Assembly (NCBI GenBank): GCA_965113315.1
Contig: OZ220373.1
DNA length: 64,000 nt
Origin: Podarcis vaucheri
Taxonomy: Eukaryota
Strand: one strand, 5' to 3'
Part shown: positions 27,379 through 39,100 of the stretch, piece after piece
Position numbering within the stretch: the stretch's first letter is position 1
Layout: the number at the start of each line of letters is the position of its first letter
The notes under the pieces: generated by a model
Seen by the model: only the letters and a program-made list of their open reading frames with translations
Databases searched by the model: none
Told to the model about the DNA's origin: nothing
Made by a program: the position numbers and the translations under genes

Positions 27379-28476
27379 AAGAAAAGAAAACATTTTACTA
27401 TTAACTTTTGGTAAACCATTTTGATTCTGCCACCCCTTCCTCTCAACCAACAGTATTTTGTAATCCATTATGATCACATTTTACTATTCATCTAGTTAAT
27501 TAGTCCTTTATAATTCATGGTGTTGATAGCTGGAATACTCAACAAAAGCGTGGGTTTTTTTGAAAAAAATACAATAAAACTTAATGGCGAACAAAATAGT
27601 GGAGAGAGTAAGAATTAAAACAAAAGCAGCATAATTATGTATAACATCACAAACTACTGATTTATTTTTTAAAATTTCACCAATTGCCCCTTTTAAATGC
27701 TAAATCAAAGGCTGGACTGGTTAGATCCATTATAAGTTATCATTATAAATTTTCTTAAAGCGATGAAAGCAAAGTATTTCATTGTGAAGCACTATTGTGG
27801 CACCCAATCCTGTATGGGCAAGCCCCTGTAATTCCTCATTAAAGCTCCTCTCACATACACTGTGTTGTTTGTCAAGCTCAAACTGATTAATATTCAAAGA
27901 GAAGCCCTAAATATAGTAAACTGGAGAGCTAACCACAGCAAACTTTCTAGGCTATCATTACTATGAAACCAGCCAGCTGAAACATTTTTTAAGAATACAG
28001 ATTGTATATGCTGTTTATTTTCTAGATTACTTGAGAAGCAGTTTTGCAACTTGAACTTCTAGAGAAAGGATTACCCAAGCTCTACCTCAGCAATTCAAAA
28101 TCCCAAACTGGGAAGAAAGAAAGGGGGGGGGGAGTTTGCTTGCCTGAAATAACTTTTAAATGAAGACCCCCTTTTTTAGTTGCTTTTTTGTTATGTTGTG
28201 CATTGTACAGCCTAGCAATGATATTAGTTCTAGTGTGGGAAAATATTATAATTGAGATCTGGTAAGTTATTTGCAGACTTCAAGTTTTTCTTTACACTGT
28301 GCTGACATTTAGCATAGCCCTAGTGAGGAAAACAATACTGCCATTCATGGCTCTAGACGTAGGTTTCAATCGACTTAAGCGGGCACAATGAAACTTGGTC
28401 ATTCACTGGTTACCCATATTGTGTTCTCAAATTTTCTCTCAGCAAAAGTATAATGACTCAGTATTGTATGGCCGCA

Positions 28477-28608
28477 NNNNNNNNNNNNNNNNNNNNNNNN
28501 NNNNNNNNNNNNNNNNNNNNNNNNNNNNNNNNNNNNNNNNNNNNNNNNNNNNNNNNNNNNNNNNNNNNNNNNNNNNNNNNNNNNNNNNNNNNNNNNNNNN
28601 NNNNNNNN
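28477..28608. other. assembly gap (132 N)
   Basis: Run of N. Confidence 1.
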
Positions 28609-28989
28609 TCTCTTTTCAAAAAAGAATGAGGCTGGTTCCCACTAGTTAACATGCATACTCACGCAAGCCTGCAACTTCACTCCCAACTGTTTTACAATGC
28701 AATGGTATGCTAAATAAATTTGATCTGGGCTCTTCCAGTGTTAAAGCTAGCCATCAAAGGCCTGCTCAGATTATATTTATACTTCTGTGGACTAAGCTTT
28801 ATGTTTGCAGGCTATTTCAAGCTCTCAAAAGAAATATCACCTTACTGCCACAAAATCATTTTGACTGAAATATTGTAAATCACAAACCAAACTGAACTTT
28901 TCTCACAATTGTTATAGGTTGACAGCATGCGGAGTAAAAATAATAATGAATAAATGAACTTAACCTACTTTGTGTCAAATCGGTGGAAG

Positions 28990-29066
28990 AGAAATAATAA
29001 ATAATAATAAAATAACATTAAAATGTATTTTATTGATATATACTCATGTAACATTAGCAGGGTACA
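28990..29066 (-). terminator. polyadenylation signal of the host transcript
   Basis: Minus-strand AATAAA at 29034-29029, TGTA at 29066-29063, and a U-rich element TTTTAATGTTATTTTATTATTATTTATTATTT downstream. Confidence 0.6.
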
Positions 29067-31550
29067 AAACAATTCTGATGTGACAATGGCTAACACAGAA
29101 TTATATCATAAAAGGGGGGGGGAATCCTTAGGTGCTTTCCTTAACAAATGTACAGAAAAGGACCAAGAGGTAAATAAGATCTCATTTCACAAAGTAAAAG
29201 TAATTTCACTCCACTAGGTTTTTTGTTTGGTTTTTTTGTTTTTGCTAATCAAAAGATTTCCCCAGACAACATCTTGTTACCTTAATTGAACCTCTTTAAG
29301 AAAACTACACACTTTGTAATGTAAATGTTAATTGTAGTAGACAATGACCCTAGGTAAACAGCATCCCTGGACATGCAGTAAAGAAGAGGGGGGAAGGCAG
29401 CAAGGCACTTAACAATGAGAGGCTGGTCACACAAACAGAACTTCCAAAGTAAATAAACAAGGGGACTGTTCATTGGTCACTAGAGTAGTAAACTCTGGCA
29501 CGTGCACAGCAGCCAAAACGGCTCTTTTGTAAACAGTCTCGCCATCCAAAATTCAGCGCAAAGTACTGTAACAAGCTAAGCTCCTTAAAACTAAGCTCTT
29601 GCAAAATCATTTATGTCTGCAGGCCACGGTGCCTTACTTTAAAGCCACATCCTTGCTTTTATTTTATTTTTAAATGCCAAGTGCATGTCATTACTGGCTG
29701 CAAGTTTATATGCTGGGGCTTACTGCTGATTAAAAACACATAGGAATTTGCTATCACATGTGTTACACATGCACACACATATGCACAGGGTGTATTCTGG
29801 CCTAGGGTGGCTCCGAAGTTTATCAGAAATAAAGAGTCTGCTTTCTTATCTTGGGAGCATCCCAGGGGCAAAGACTGCACTTCCAAAACAAGCTGGTTTA
29901 AATATAATTTCTTTTTTTATAAAAAAATTGCAAAGTGCAGTAATTAAAATTAAAATTAAATATTGGGGGGGGGGGTTGGTAGAGAGGGAGAGGATTTGCC
30001 AAGGAAATATATAAACACCTTGCTTCCCACCACTTTTCTTTTGTGAGCTTCACTGTAGAAAATTTCCATCTCAGAAGCAAAGCTACATTTGATTATGAGT
30101 AGCTGAAACAGTGGTTATAGAATTAACAGAAACAGACAGTGGCAGGCAGCTACAGAACAGTTGGGGTCCCCACTTGGGAGCCTGCAGATGGCTGTGGGTG
30201 GGAAATGCCTCCACTTTCTTAAGGGATGGAGATGAGTCTGGTGTGGTGCACTTGATGTTTTTTTCATAGGCAACCCCCACAGGGCTGTCTGTCATAGGCT
30301 GCCGGGCCCATAGCTTTGCCACTTGCCCCCGAGCGTGGGAATGGGAGCGTCCAGCCGTTCACATCTCAGGCATTCCGTTTAACGGAATCAATTAGGCAAG
30401 ACCAGACCCCTCAGATTCCCCACCCCCTTGCCTTCTCTCTCTCTCTCTCTCCTTTGGTCAGGTCTATATACGTCCTAATTATTTCAGTTTGAGATGCCTG
30501 AGCAGTTTCCTGGATAGATCTGATCATCCTTAAACAAGAAGAGAGCAGGCGCACACGTGGGTTTTGGCGTAAATGTCACTTTCATTTCTAATACTAGACG
30601 CAGAATAAGACACAGACTACTTTTTAACACTTTGACAAGGGCGGAGGCAGTCTCGTCTCCATCACGTTTTTCTGCTTCAGTAGCTTCCTCAAGGAAACCC
30701 TTTTGGAACAGAGAAGCATCTGTGCTTGCATTTTGAATAGAAGACTGGTCTGCTGGTGGATTCCCCCCCCAATTTTTTTAATAATAGTAATGGTAATAGT
30801 AATCAACCTTCAGCTTCCTCCTCCCCCCCTCCCAGTTTTGTGGAACTCTACCAGATCCTTGGTAGACCGAAATGATTAACCTAGCCTTATTCTTCAATCC
30901 AAATGTTTATTTTTTTATTTTAGGCTTTGGCTTTCGTCTCTTGGAATAACAACATACCCAGCAACACTACAAAACTTTTTAAAGTTTCACAGGCAGAGTT
31001 TGGCCCTACACACAAACAAACACACACACACACACACCTTAAAAAATAAATTATAAATACTTTAAAAGCACACAGGCCACAGCATTATGCTTCCAAACAC
31101 ATGCTAATCGTTTCTCAATGTTTAGCAAAGACTGCAGTCTTGTACACACTTACCCAGGAGTAAGTTTCATTGAACTCAATGGAACTTGCTTCTGAAGAAG
31201 CGTGCAACCGCTGGAAAATAATTACATCAGAACTTAAAGTATTAACTTAATCATCCCCCACCTCCCAGAACAGCAAAAACTTGCACATGCATTTGTTTAC
31301 CATGAGCACCATATCCTCTTTGCAGCGTATGCTTTACTCTTCATCATCCTGTGCCTGTCATCTTGTACATGTATACATGTACAGATAGATTTGGCACTCG
31401 TATGTCACTGAATTTCGTCCTCTCTCTCTCTCTCTCGCCTTGAGCTGTAGAAAAGGTGCCATTCAATAAGAATTCCTGACATGGCTGGGTCTGTCTCTTG
31501 CTGGAGTTTCTCGTTTCCTTGTGCAGCACGAAGATCATGAAGGAGTTTTT

Positions 31551-31572
31551 ACTTTCGGTTATCTAGCTTTAT
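31551..31572 (-). ncRNA. MIR9-2: mature miR-9-3p
   Basis: Exact reverse complement of ATAAAGCTAGATAACCGAAAGT. Confidence 0.97.
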
Positions 31573-31586
31573 GAAGACCAACACAC

Positions 31587-31609
31587 TCATACAGCTAGAT
31601 AACCAAAGA
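31587..31609 (-). ncRNA. MIR9-2: mature miR-9-5p
   Basis: Exact reverse complement of TCTTTGGTTATCTAGCTGTATGA. Confidence 0.98.
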
Positions 31610-32479
31610 TAACAACTCGCTTCCCTCATATGCTCTGAGGTCGACTGGAGGGTCTTTTCCGCCCCTCCTTCTCTAGAATCCAGATTGTTTCTGCAAATAG
31701 ACTTCTCCAAGAACACCAGCCGTGCCTTAAAATATCCATCCTTTCAGCGCAATTGTCACCTGCTTCAAAGTGTCTGGACTTGTGTGTGCTTCTAATACCA
31801 CATCCCAAGTAGATCCGTCTCCTTCAAAGTTTTATTCCGAACTTTTCTTGTCTCTTTCTCTTTTACCCCCATTCTCTCTCTTTCTCCCTCCTTTAAAGCC
31901 AGCGATTTCCGGCAGCGATGGACCAACTATTCATCTGTTTAATATCAGAAAGTAAAACCAGCTATTAAGGTGCATCAAGCTGTTAAGAGTGCGAAGCATC
32001 CATCCCTCCACAGGCCTCTATTTGCATTGTAAATTGCTTCATTCTCGTGAAAAGTCTTTAGCCTCTATAAAGATGTAAAGCCATCGGCAATTTCCAGCGC
32101 AGAGCAAGGAGGAAGCAGGGGGTGTGGGAGTGTCTCCCATTTCAGCAGAAATTGACAAGATGATGGTGGTGGTGGTGCGAGGATCCAGCTCTCCCTCCTG
32201 ATCTCTTTTGCGGATTATGCATCAGAGCGCTCTTAAAAATTCTTATTTTAACCAAATGGTGGCAGCAAATATCTTGCGGGTTTTGAAGGGGAGGTGGGGG
32301 AGGAAGCAAGATCCACGATTTCTCAGGATTCCCAGAGCTGCTGCGCATGAGGAGCTGCAGGTCTTGCTGGCTGGCTTGCTGCTGCTGCTGCCCCCGGTCT
32401 GAAAGAAGGAGAAAAGGGCTATCATTGGAGGGCTTGCAGTGCCAAAAAATGTTGACCAGCCCGGCAAGGTCAGAGGTCC

Positions 32480-32885
32480 TGGACCGCGGGAGACCAAGGT
32501 AATGATGATGTCACGAGGAAGCTCAAGTACACCCGGTTATTGCTATGCATGAGCGATCAGCGATCTGCCCCCTCCGCGCCATGGGGAAGAGCGGCGGCGG
32601 CGGCAGCAGCAGCGGCAGCAGCACCCTCGGAACACCATTCCTACTCTCCCAACCAGCACAGGATCGCCTTCTCTAGCGCTACCGGGAGGAGAGAGAGGGG
32701 GCGGGAAATATATATATATATCGCGGTCTTTTACCTTCCCCGTTGCTAGCGCAGATCTCTCTAATATCCAAAGACTAGGAGGAATCTCTCTCTAAGGACA
32801 GATAAAAGCGTTTCAGGTCGGGGGAGGCGGGGAACGGCATGGAAATAGGGCGGGGTGGGGAAAGGAGAGGAGAGGCGCCTTTGCC

Positions 32886-32941
<56 letters not shown>

Positions 32942-33440
32942 GGCAGACTCTGCATGTGCTGTGCAGGGAGATGTGTGTGACTGAGCCAGGCACTCGCGGC
33001 TCGCTGCCGCTGCTGCTGCGATGACTGCTTAAAGCAGGGCCTGCTTTCTGGGACTGGGAATCTACGCGCGTCTTTACGCAGCGCGAGCGGAGGTGCCATT
33101 GCATTGCTAATTCGCTCTGCCCGTCTGGCGCTTTGGAAATGGCTTCACTTCTCGCTCCCTGCTCGGGGGCTACAAGCCCCTCTCCGCCAGTGCTACTTGC
33201 ACCGTGGAGGTTGCACAACGCAGTTTACGCGCGCGGGGAGGGGGGGCGGATGCTGCAAAGAGCAGGCTGCTCAAGCCTCGCTCCCTCTCTTCCTTTCCGA
33301 GCTGCTCTCTGTTTCCAGCAAATCCCCCTCTCCAACCGACGCGCGCTCCCGCTCGCCCTTTTCACACATAGCACATTTCTCCCGTCTTTCCCTTGACCCT
33401 TCCCAGCTCTGGACAGAGCAGCGCAAGCGAACATGCGGCT
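32480..33440. promoter_or_regulatory. CpG island immediately upstream of the terminal exon (possible proximal promoter or enhancer)
   Basis: Dense CpG (acgcgcg, gcgcgagcgg, gcgcgcgg) flanking a (CT)n tract. Confidence 0.6.
32890..32939. repeat. (CT)n microsatellite
   Basis: Directly visible. Confidence 0.95.
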
Positions 33441-36066
33441 TTCCTTTCCAATTTTAATGCATCCGTTTCATTTGAAGATGTGTCCAAACACAGCGAAAAT
33501 GTACTCTGGGTTGTTTTTCAAACTTCCTACTGCTGCTGATGGCAATGGCAATGGCAAGCAGTATGCCCAGGGAAGCCCTCCATCCTGAAAGGTTCATAAA
33601 CACCCTGTTCAGCCTCTCCCCATTCCCCTAACCTCCCAGCAGGCATTCAGAAAGGGGCATAAGGGACATTACCCTGTGAATTCCTGCTATAGAATTTGGA
33701 CAGGGAGATTTTATATATTTTTCCCAGTGTAAAGTGCAAACATTACAGGCCCTCTTGATTATATGGGAAACAATGAATCTCACGGTGTTTACTGATCAAA
33801 TTAATAAATGCACTTCAACCGCTTGGCAGTTTATATTTAAACATTCAGCAGAGCTATGTCTGCCCCCACACTCCAAAAGGAACCAGGAGTCCTGCTGTTG
33901 CATGTTAAGGTATAGTATGTTAAGGGTAAAAGGAAACAATATATACTATACTGTTCAATATAGTCCAGGATTGTTTAGAGGACAGTCTTCAGAGTGCATT
34001 TTAAAAAGGCATATTTCCTACAATGTGCCATACCTGCATGAGTTAGCATTTATTTTCTCCTTCACATATAAAAAGGCAACATTTGTGTATGTGTGTGTGC
34101 TCGCCCGCCTGTGTGCGATACCTACGTGTATGTGCACTCCACACCCACACACCAACCACAACCAGCCACCATCACCATATTAACGTGCTTGCATTATACT
34201 TGTGTGTTTTCCAGGGTATCTAACCTGCATGCCTGTCACTACCCTGAAGGGCGAAATCTGTGGGGTTTTGTGGAGCGAGACATGTCTACTTTCCCAATGC
34301 CTACTTTCAATACTCGAAATTAGACTTGTCAACGGCTAAAGATGAATGCTGCCATATATACAGGCAAAAGGAAAGCAAAATAAAGTAATGGCAAGGCAAA
34401 GTCCCCGATTAATTGATTGAAATGATTCCTAGGTTGATGCTACCTATAAATGTTCCAAAAACAAAGCACCTTCACAACTGACGATGCACTCAAGCCACAA
34501 CTGTTTTCATTCAGTGTTCTCCCTGTATTGTTAATTATGCATCGTGAAATGCCATAGTCAGGTAAACCACGCTTACGGCGTCAGTGTCATGTTATATAAG
34601 ACGACACGAGAAGGCCGTGCCTCTGTTTTTCCACAGACAGAACAAAATGGTGAGGATTCCTATGTACAGTGCAGTGAGCTGCGCTTTTTTTTTTTTTTTA
34701 ACCATCTGAGGCTGCATAGGTACCAGCGGCATTAGTGAGTTGAGCAGCAATATGTATAAAGACACACGTTCATTCTGATGGTCTGTAGAAGTATAACGAG
34801 CTTCTTTGAATTGGCAGGTACACAGAACAAAGCCCTGCCCCCCCCCCCCACTTTATTTCGCAGTAGCTAGAGGCAGCAGTGCGAGTGATCGGGCATGTGC
34901 TATAACAGACCAGGCTTATGAGCTGATGCATTAAAATCAGAGACAAGAACATTCAGATAACGTGAGGTCTCTCTGGGCATGCTATACATATTGGCATATA
35001 TACACGTGTGTACACGCGCCTGAATGCGTTTAAAATGAAGTTGGCTAAGGAGGCAAGCCTTGGCTCTTATTTATTTTGACGCTGCCTTCAGGGTCCATTG
35101 AATTCAATGGGACTTCTGCTACTATTCACCTCCTGCACTTAAAAAGAGAATGACTTGTTTTCCTCTATCAGTTACCACGTAGATCAAGAAACACACCTGG
35201 GTCGTTTTGCAGATCGATAGCCTTTGGAGCCCTCATGACGTGAAAACAGCTAACGTCACAAGGATGACCTTGCTGATCATTAAACACAGAAAGGATCGCC
35301 CTCCCTGCTTCTCCTTTGCTTTGCAGGTGTCTAGGAAATCCGCACGTTATTCTAATATCTTCACATGGAAGAATTATCAGTTGCTTTCAATGGGTTTTCC
35401 AATTACGTGTGTTTAAGACTAAGGTGTTGTTAAGGCAGCGTAGAAAACCCCTGACGTCTCTGAATGTCTACAGTGCCTATGAATCAATTGTTCTCTCCAG
35501 GTATTCTTTACAATTCCGTATTTCCGTAAAATAAACCGCATTTGGTTAAGCAGGAGATGCAGCCTTTGGCAATGCTAAACTGCCCACACCGCCATGTTGC
35601 TGGGTTTTGTTTTGTTTTTCATTATAGGCATTTCCAGTAAGTGGGTTAGCCTTATTTTAAAATAAAAATTCACCGAGAACGATGGAATCGCCATTTTAAA
35701 GCAATCTGCGTTATTTGAAAGATCCTGAACTCTAACTAGGCTCTCTAATAAATGGCCTGTAGATTTGGATGTGATTGCCATGCTTGTTTTCTAATCTCTT
35801 TATGGGTCTCCAGATGGTTGTGACGTAAAGGCGGAGAATCCTGCAAGGGGTTCCTTTGGAATAAACAAGCACTGTTAACCTGAGAGTGGATCTTATCTGT
35901 TGCACCTCCTACGAACCAAAATTCTGCTTTCGGGACAAGTCGTCCGGTTTCATGGTAGGAAAGGGGGTGTCTATATAGGAAGCCCACTAGGCTCCCATGA
36001 AAGGATGCCCATAATCCCGAGACTGAAGAGCACACACTCCAATCCCTGATTCTTCGATAATTCACT

Positions 36067-36152
36067 TACAGCTCAATTCTGCACATGGCTACTAAAAAGT
36101 AAGCCCAATTGAATTCAATGGAACTTACTCAGAGGAAACTGGATTGCAGCCT
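36067..36152. mobile_element. representative of an abundant ~90-bp palindromic dispersed repeat
   Basis: TACAGCTCAATTC...AGTAAG.CC.ATTGAATTCAATGG.ACTTACT...GGATTGCAGCC. Many other copies occur in the window (see findings). Confidence 0.7.
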
Positions 36153-39100
36153 TAAACGTAAACTGCAATCCTCTCTTTGGAGCCCCGTGTAAAGTCATTT
36201 CATTCCTCGAATCTGCATGCCCCAAGAAGTCTCGTTGTACCTGCTTGGCTTTTTATTTCAATCCTGATATTGGTTTCTATACCTACTGTACCTTCCACAA
36301 ACAATATATTTACGACCATATGTCTGCAGTATTGCCACACCTAATATCCAGGGCGCGAAAGGTAAAGGGTCTGAAAATGTCTCTCAGAGGCAAATGTTTT
36401 GCTATTTTTTTGTGCTGTTGCTTATTCGGCAGCCACGTACATTTCTTAATTTAATCATTAGGTTTAAAAGGGATTACCTTTATGTGCTGATTGTCACTCC
36501 ATTTGATGGTCGCTTTCTGTCTGGCTCTGGAAAATAGACAAAAAGAGAGAGAGGCGAACGATCATTTAAAAATAAATATTTATGTTTATTCATGGATTGT
36601 GCTAGTGCATTCTGATTCAAGGCCTGTATAGCAGCAGCAGCAGATCAGCCAATCCACTGAATCCTAGAGGCAAAATCCTCCAGGAAGTTCTCCTGCGCAA
36701 CCCCCACGAAAATTAATGTGTTGGGGTAGGGCATTATCCTGCTGCCTGCACCAGCTCTCGTCATGAGGGCTGCTCAGGAGAACTTCTTGATGGATTGAGA
36801 CCCGTGGCTCCAAACTGCATTTCCAAAGAGCTGCTAATATTATTTTCTTAAGATGAATCTATATACTGAACAGGAAAAGAAAACCAGGGGTGTATGTTCT
36901 CTTCTGGTGTCAGAAGAGTTAAATATTTCATTTTAGATATATATGTATATACCCTCAGTGGTAAACTGGGATAGAAAGCCCAGAATATGAGAGAAGGGAG
37001 GCCGAATTTCTAAACTGAGATTATAAGAATAGCTTGATTTGTGGGGTGGGAGGCAGGGGAGGCAGAGGCGTCTGTATTTACATGCTGTAGGCTGCCAGTT
37101 GCTTAATAAAGGTCGGAGGCTCCACCTAGCCTCCACTTTCAAAATATGCAAAACGCGCTCTCTCTCTCTCTGGGTTTTCAAGCCTCGCAGGTTCAGATCG
37201 CGGCTGGCTTCATGGAGCTGCTTGGCTCTAAACAGACTCAGGCTGGTTACAGATTTACTCAAAGAAGAGCAGTGCTCGTGCATGTATTCCTTCTCGCCAC
37301 CGCCACCCCCACTCCACCCCTCTTCTTTGCATCACAGGATGGTGTTAATCACTTCAGCCAAAAAGGGAGGGGGGAGAGAAAGGGGGTGTCTTAATGCTAC
37401 TCCCAATCAATCACGTGTGTTTAAAAAATTAAAAAAGGACGAGAAGCACTATTTGCTCTTTTCCCTGAATATACTGGGTATCCTTCTTCAGTCTCCTCTG
37501 CCACCTTTTTTTTTTTTTTTAATGAGTCCTCTTGCATAAATACATGGTTCTCGACTTTGTTCCGCGCTGGAGCTGGCGAACTGGGTGTGCTTAGAGTGAG
37601 TAGCATTCAAGGTGGATGGGAGGAGAGAGAGTGGAGGCGAAACTCCACTGGCTTAATAGCAACCTGTGCTTTGGATGCTCCAAGACTCCGGCAGCTCAGC
37701 GAAGCCAGGCAGTCTGGGAGTTAGGCTGATCTAGAACCCAACGCTAGCTGAACCGACTCAAATCCAAGGGCGACATCGACTCCAAAACCTATCACCTAAG
37801 TCGGTCTACGACGCAAACCTGTGTGTGTGCCTGCTTAAGGCAAGCCCCACTGATTTACTCCCAAGTAAGCTTGTACAGGGTTTGGGCCTTAACTGACTTG
37901 TGCATGGAGCTGTTCGCAACTCTCCCAAGCTATCACACTCCTCGCAGGCGCTCTCGAACCCACAACCCGAGCGTCTCATTCAGAACTAGCAAAACCACTG
38001 AAAACGTTGCCAGCGACTTCTAATCTACACCTCGAAAGCTCCTTGCAAACAATGCCAAGGTAAATAAATCCACATACACTTGCGAGGCAAATTGACGTTG
38101 CCATAAATTTAATTACACTACTTTCTTTATAAATTTGGCAGTCCAAGTAGGGAATGAGTTTCAAATTAGGAATTCATTAGACATATTATTTCATCAGTCA
38201 TGCCTATCTGAAGTTACAGAAAGAACTGCTTCTCTAGATGTAAGACAAGACAACAACAGCTCTCCTCGCTCTTTTCAACCCTCATGCAAGTAAATAATAT
38301 ACCTTTCAATTGGTATAGCCACAAAAGTCCAAGTTGAGGGGATCAAAGGGAGGTGCTAAGTCGGGAAGTTTGGATCTAAATACATTGTGAGAAAACGCCT
38401 CCCTTGCACCTTTCTCTAAAATAAGCAAATGTGCAGCCAGAGTTAATTTCACCGAACACTTTCTCTTCCCATTTTTCACTGTTCTCTCTCTCTCTTCCTC
38501 CCCCCTCCTTCGCTGTCAATCTGTGTGCTAATTAATAGTCCCCTCGTCCCGAGGAAGTGCCTGCAACGCCAACAGGTTTCATATCACACGTCCAAAATCA
38601 TTAGAAGCTCTCCGGTTAACCCATAAAGTTCTCCACTTCTGTTGATCTTCCTCCTCGGTTCCAGGGAAAGTCAATGGGAGCTCTAACAATGCAACCTGTT
38701 CAATGAAGCAACTATCTCACTCTTCCTCTTTCTAGCCCTGAACCTGACACAGACACCGATGGAGTTCACGTTCAGAGTAACACACACACACACACACACA
38801 CACCGCTCGTGAATCAGATGAACATCTGTAGCATAAAGTTCTCGCATAGTCCACACTTTCTCTCCCTTCCCCAGTTTCCCCACATTTAGTTTATAAAGAA
38901 GGCTAGTCGTGGGAAGTCGGCAGATATACTTACTTTTTCTCGTTTCTTCTCGTTACAACAGATTGGGGGGGGAGGAGGGAGGGAGGGGGGAAGGACAGTC
39001 TGATCCTAGATCCTAGATCTTAGGTGAATGTGGTGGAATCTTCGGCAAGCAACAAGGATTCCTTAGCCAAAACTTCCTTTTAAATCGCAGAAAGCAGTTT

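Larger units (their letters stand above)
31538..31624 (-). ncRNA. MIR9-2: microRNA precursor mir-9-2
   Basis: Reverse complement reads GGAAGCGAGTTGTTA-TCTTTGGTTATCTAGCTGTATGA-GTGTGTTGGTCTTC-ATAAAGCTAGATAACCGAAAGT-AAAAACTCCTTCA. The flanks and loop match the mir-9-2 paralogue as recalled (human loop GTGTATTGGTCTTC, one difference). An apical UGUG and a CNNC (CTTC) about 18 nt past the 3' arm fit Microprocessor motifs. Confidence 0.98.
29010..32398 (-). ncRNA. LINC00461: probable terminal exon of the mir-9-2 host lncRNA (LINC00461/MIR9-2HG/Visc-1 orthologue)
   Basis: Strong minus-strand acceptor CCCTTTTCTCCTTCTTTCAG|ACC (AG at 32400-32399). Contains mir-9-2 and is free of LINEs/SINEs. Ends near AATAAA (29034-29029), with upstream TGTA motifs and a U-rich downstream tract. 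Segments near 30399-30422 and 30555-30578 resemble human LINC00461 exon sequence from memory. The 3' end is approximate. Confidence 0.75.

Noticed and set aside
28395-28652. ORFs spanning 28477-28608
   Set aside because: Artefacts of the N gap.
29629-29636. miR-124 8mer GTGCCTTA
   Set aside because: It is on the plus strand, antisense to the host transcript.
32142-32348. 68-aa exonic ORF with poly-P and poly-H
   Set aside because: Weak ATG context and low-complexity runs. It cannot be excluded, but nothing supports it.
32243-32497. 84-aa unspliced ORF as listed in the track
   Set aside because: It has a TTG start, and its first 33 codons run through the intron and polypyrimidine tract. Only the exonic 51 codons are retained, in the spliced-ORF hypothesis.
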